Shown here: positions 62,632-64,000 of the stretch, one piece after another
Layout: each line of letters begins with the position of its first letter
How positions within the stretch are numbered: position 1 is the stretch's first letter
Assembly: GCA_965221125.1 (NCBI GenBank)
Contig: CBDCRW010000006.1
Coordinates: forward strand, 32,001 to 96,000
DNA from: Alphaproteobacteria bacterium
GTDB lineage: Bacteria > Pseudomonadota > Alphaproteobacteria > UBA828
Length of the DNA stretch: 64,000 nt
Direction of reading: 5' to 3'
Notes under the pieces: generated by a model
Seen by the model: the letters and a program-made list of their open reading frames with translations, nothing else
Told to the model about the DNA's origin: nothing
The model's database searches: none
Translations under genes and position numbers: made by a program

Positions 62632-63306
62632 TCAGGTCAGGCGGTCGATCGCCTCGTCGGCCGTCAGCACGTCGCCGTAGGTGGCGAAGCAGACGGCGTA
62701 GGTCCAGGCGTCCTCTTCCGCCGAGCGGCCCGCGTTCGCGTCCGAGATCATGACCGTCCTGAAGTCGTAGGCCGCCGCCTCGCGCGCGGTCGTCTCGCAG
62801 CAGACGTTGGTGACCGTGCCGACGACGAGCACCGTGTCGACACCGCGATCGCGCAGCACTTGCTCGAGCTGCCCCTGGCTGCCGATGAAGCCGCCGAAGC
62901 GGTTCTTGTGAACGAGCGGGTCCGTCTCGCGCACGTCGAGGTCGGGCCAGATCGCGTGGCCCGCCGCGCCCTCGCTGAGCCCGCCGCGGAAGACCGCCGC
63001 GGCCTCTTCGCCGAGGACGACGTCGAGGTTGGCCCAGTTCCTCGCCTCGTCCGGGCCGTAGGTCGAGACCACCCAGACGACGTGCCCGCCGCGCGCCCGC
63101 AGCGCGGCGGCGAGCCGGTTGACCGTCGGCACGATCGCCCGTGCGCTCGGCATCTCCGACGGGCTACCCTCGCGCATGAAATGGACTTGCAAGTCCACCA
63201 CGAGGAGCGCCGTGGTTGCTGCGTCCAGGCTCTCGTACACGTGCAGCCGGCCGCGCCGGCGCAACACGCGATCGATGACGCGCTGGGGAATCTGCGGCGG
63301 TTCCAT
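62632..63306 (-). CDS. Isochorismatase-family cysteine hydrolase
   Basis: ALLVVDLQ, KNRFGGF, GTVTNVCCETTAR. Confidence 0.88.
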   Translation of the reverse strand: MEPPQIPQRVIDRVLRRRGRLHVYESLDAATTALLVVDLQVHFMREGSPSEMPSARAIVPTVNRLAAALRARGGHVVWVVSTYGPDEARNWANLDVVLGEEAAAVFRGGLSEGAAGHAIWPDLDVRETDPLVHKNRFGGFIGSQGQLEQVLRDRGVDTVLVVGTVTNVCCETTAREAAAYDFRTVMISDANAGRSAEEDAWTYAVCFATYGDVLTADEAIDRLT

Positions 63307-63371
63307 GCTCACCTCCCGTCTCCACGTACCAGGCCAATCGAGCGTGCTGCGCCCGAGGAGAGAGATTAGCG

Positions 63372-64000
63372 ATGATCCGTAGCGGTGAGGAATACCTTGA
63401 ATCGTTGCGCGACGGGCGTGCCGTCTACGTCGGCGGCGAGCGGGTCGACGACGTCACCACCCATCCCGGCTTCCGCAACGCGGCGCGCTCCTACGCGAGG
63501 GTGTTCGACGCCCGCTTCGACCCCCGTTACCGCGACCTGCTGAGCTACGAGGAGGACGGCGCGCGTCACGCCATGTACTACCTGCGGCCCCGCTCGCGCG
63601 AGGACCTGGAGCGCCGCTCGCGCTCGGCCGAGGTCATCGCCGACTTCACCTACGGCATGATGGGCCGCTCGCCCGATTTCATCGGCGGCTACGTCTCGGG
63701 CGCCGCCATACAGCCGGAAGTCTTCGACAGCGGCAGCCGGCCCTTCGCGGCCAACCTGCTCGCCTACTACGAGCAGTGCAAGCGCGAGGACCTCTTCCTC
63801 TCCCACGCGGTGACGCCGCCGCCCGGAGCCAAGGACGAGAGCTTCGCGGGCCGCGCCGCCGACACGGTGCCGACGGCGCTCGCCGTCACGGCGGAGCGGG
63901 ACGACGGCGTGGTCATCAGCGGCCTCAAGATGCTGGCCACCAGCGCCGCCTTCAGCGATCACGTCTGGATCGGCAACATTCAGCCGCTCGCCAGGGGCCA
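63372..64000 (+). CDS. 4-hydroxyphenylacetate 3-hydroxylase (HpaB) family protein, truncated by window end
   Basis: Not in ORF track; manual translation MIRSGEEYLESLRDGRAVYVGGERVDDVTTHPGFRNAA...MGRSPDF; no stop seen to 64000. Confidence 0.85.
   Translation, partial: MIRSGEEYLESLRDGRAVYVGGERVDDVTTHPGFRNAARSYARVFDARFDPRYRDLLSYEEDGARHAMYYLRPRSREDLERRSRSAEVIADFTYGMMGRSPDFIGGYVSGAAIQPEVFDSGSRPFAANLLAYYEQCKREDLFLSHAVTPPPGAKDESFAGRAADTVPTALAVTAERDDGVVISGLKMLATSAAFSDHVWIGNIQPLARG

Overview
High-GC bacterial chromosome window, most consistent with an alphaproteobacterium (Rhodospirillales-like gene orders hrcA-grpE-dnaK-dnaJ, rne-aminotransferase-M48, aroQ-accB-accC-aat-DUF2155-mlaD). A sponge-symbiont origin is only an inference from the swf-type PKS. 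Core genes: gmhB/gmhA, groES-groEL with a perfect CIRCE, the dnaK locus, rne, a ThiS-ThiG fusion, glycerate kinase-pyk, a sugar-type ABC transporter and catabolic hydrolases. Accessory DNA: (1) an AT-richer DUF262 + HEPN cassette; (2) an AT-richer unknown + PIN cassette behind an unannotated IS1595 transposase remnant; (3) a 7.85 kb three-element nest whose six ends and three target duplications are readable: an IS481-like host interrupted by a DUF4338-fused ISAs1 and by a 4.6 kb TGT..ACA transposon that also encodes a RepA-like helicase; (4) a mono-modular reducing type I PKS/FAS plus a reductase-sulfotransferase fusion (swfA/swfB-like); (5) a dispersed ~150 bp double-hairpin repeat with compensatory changes. 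No rRNA, tRNA or CRISPR array seen. All family calls are by-eye motif recognition; no searches were run.
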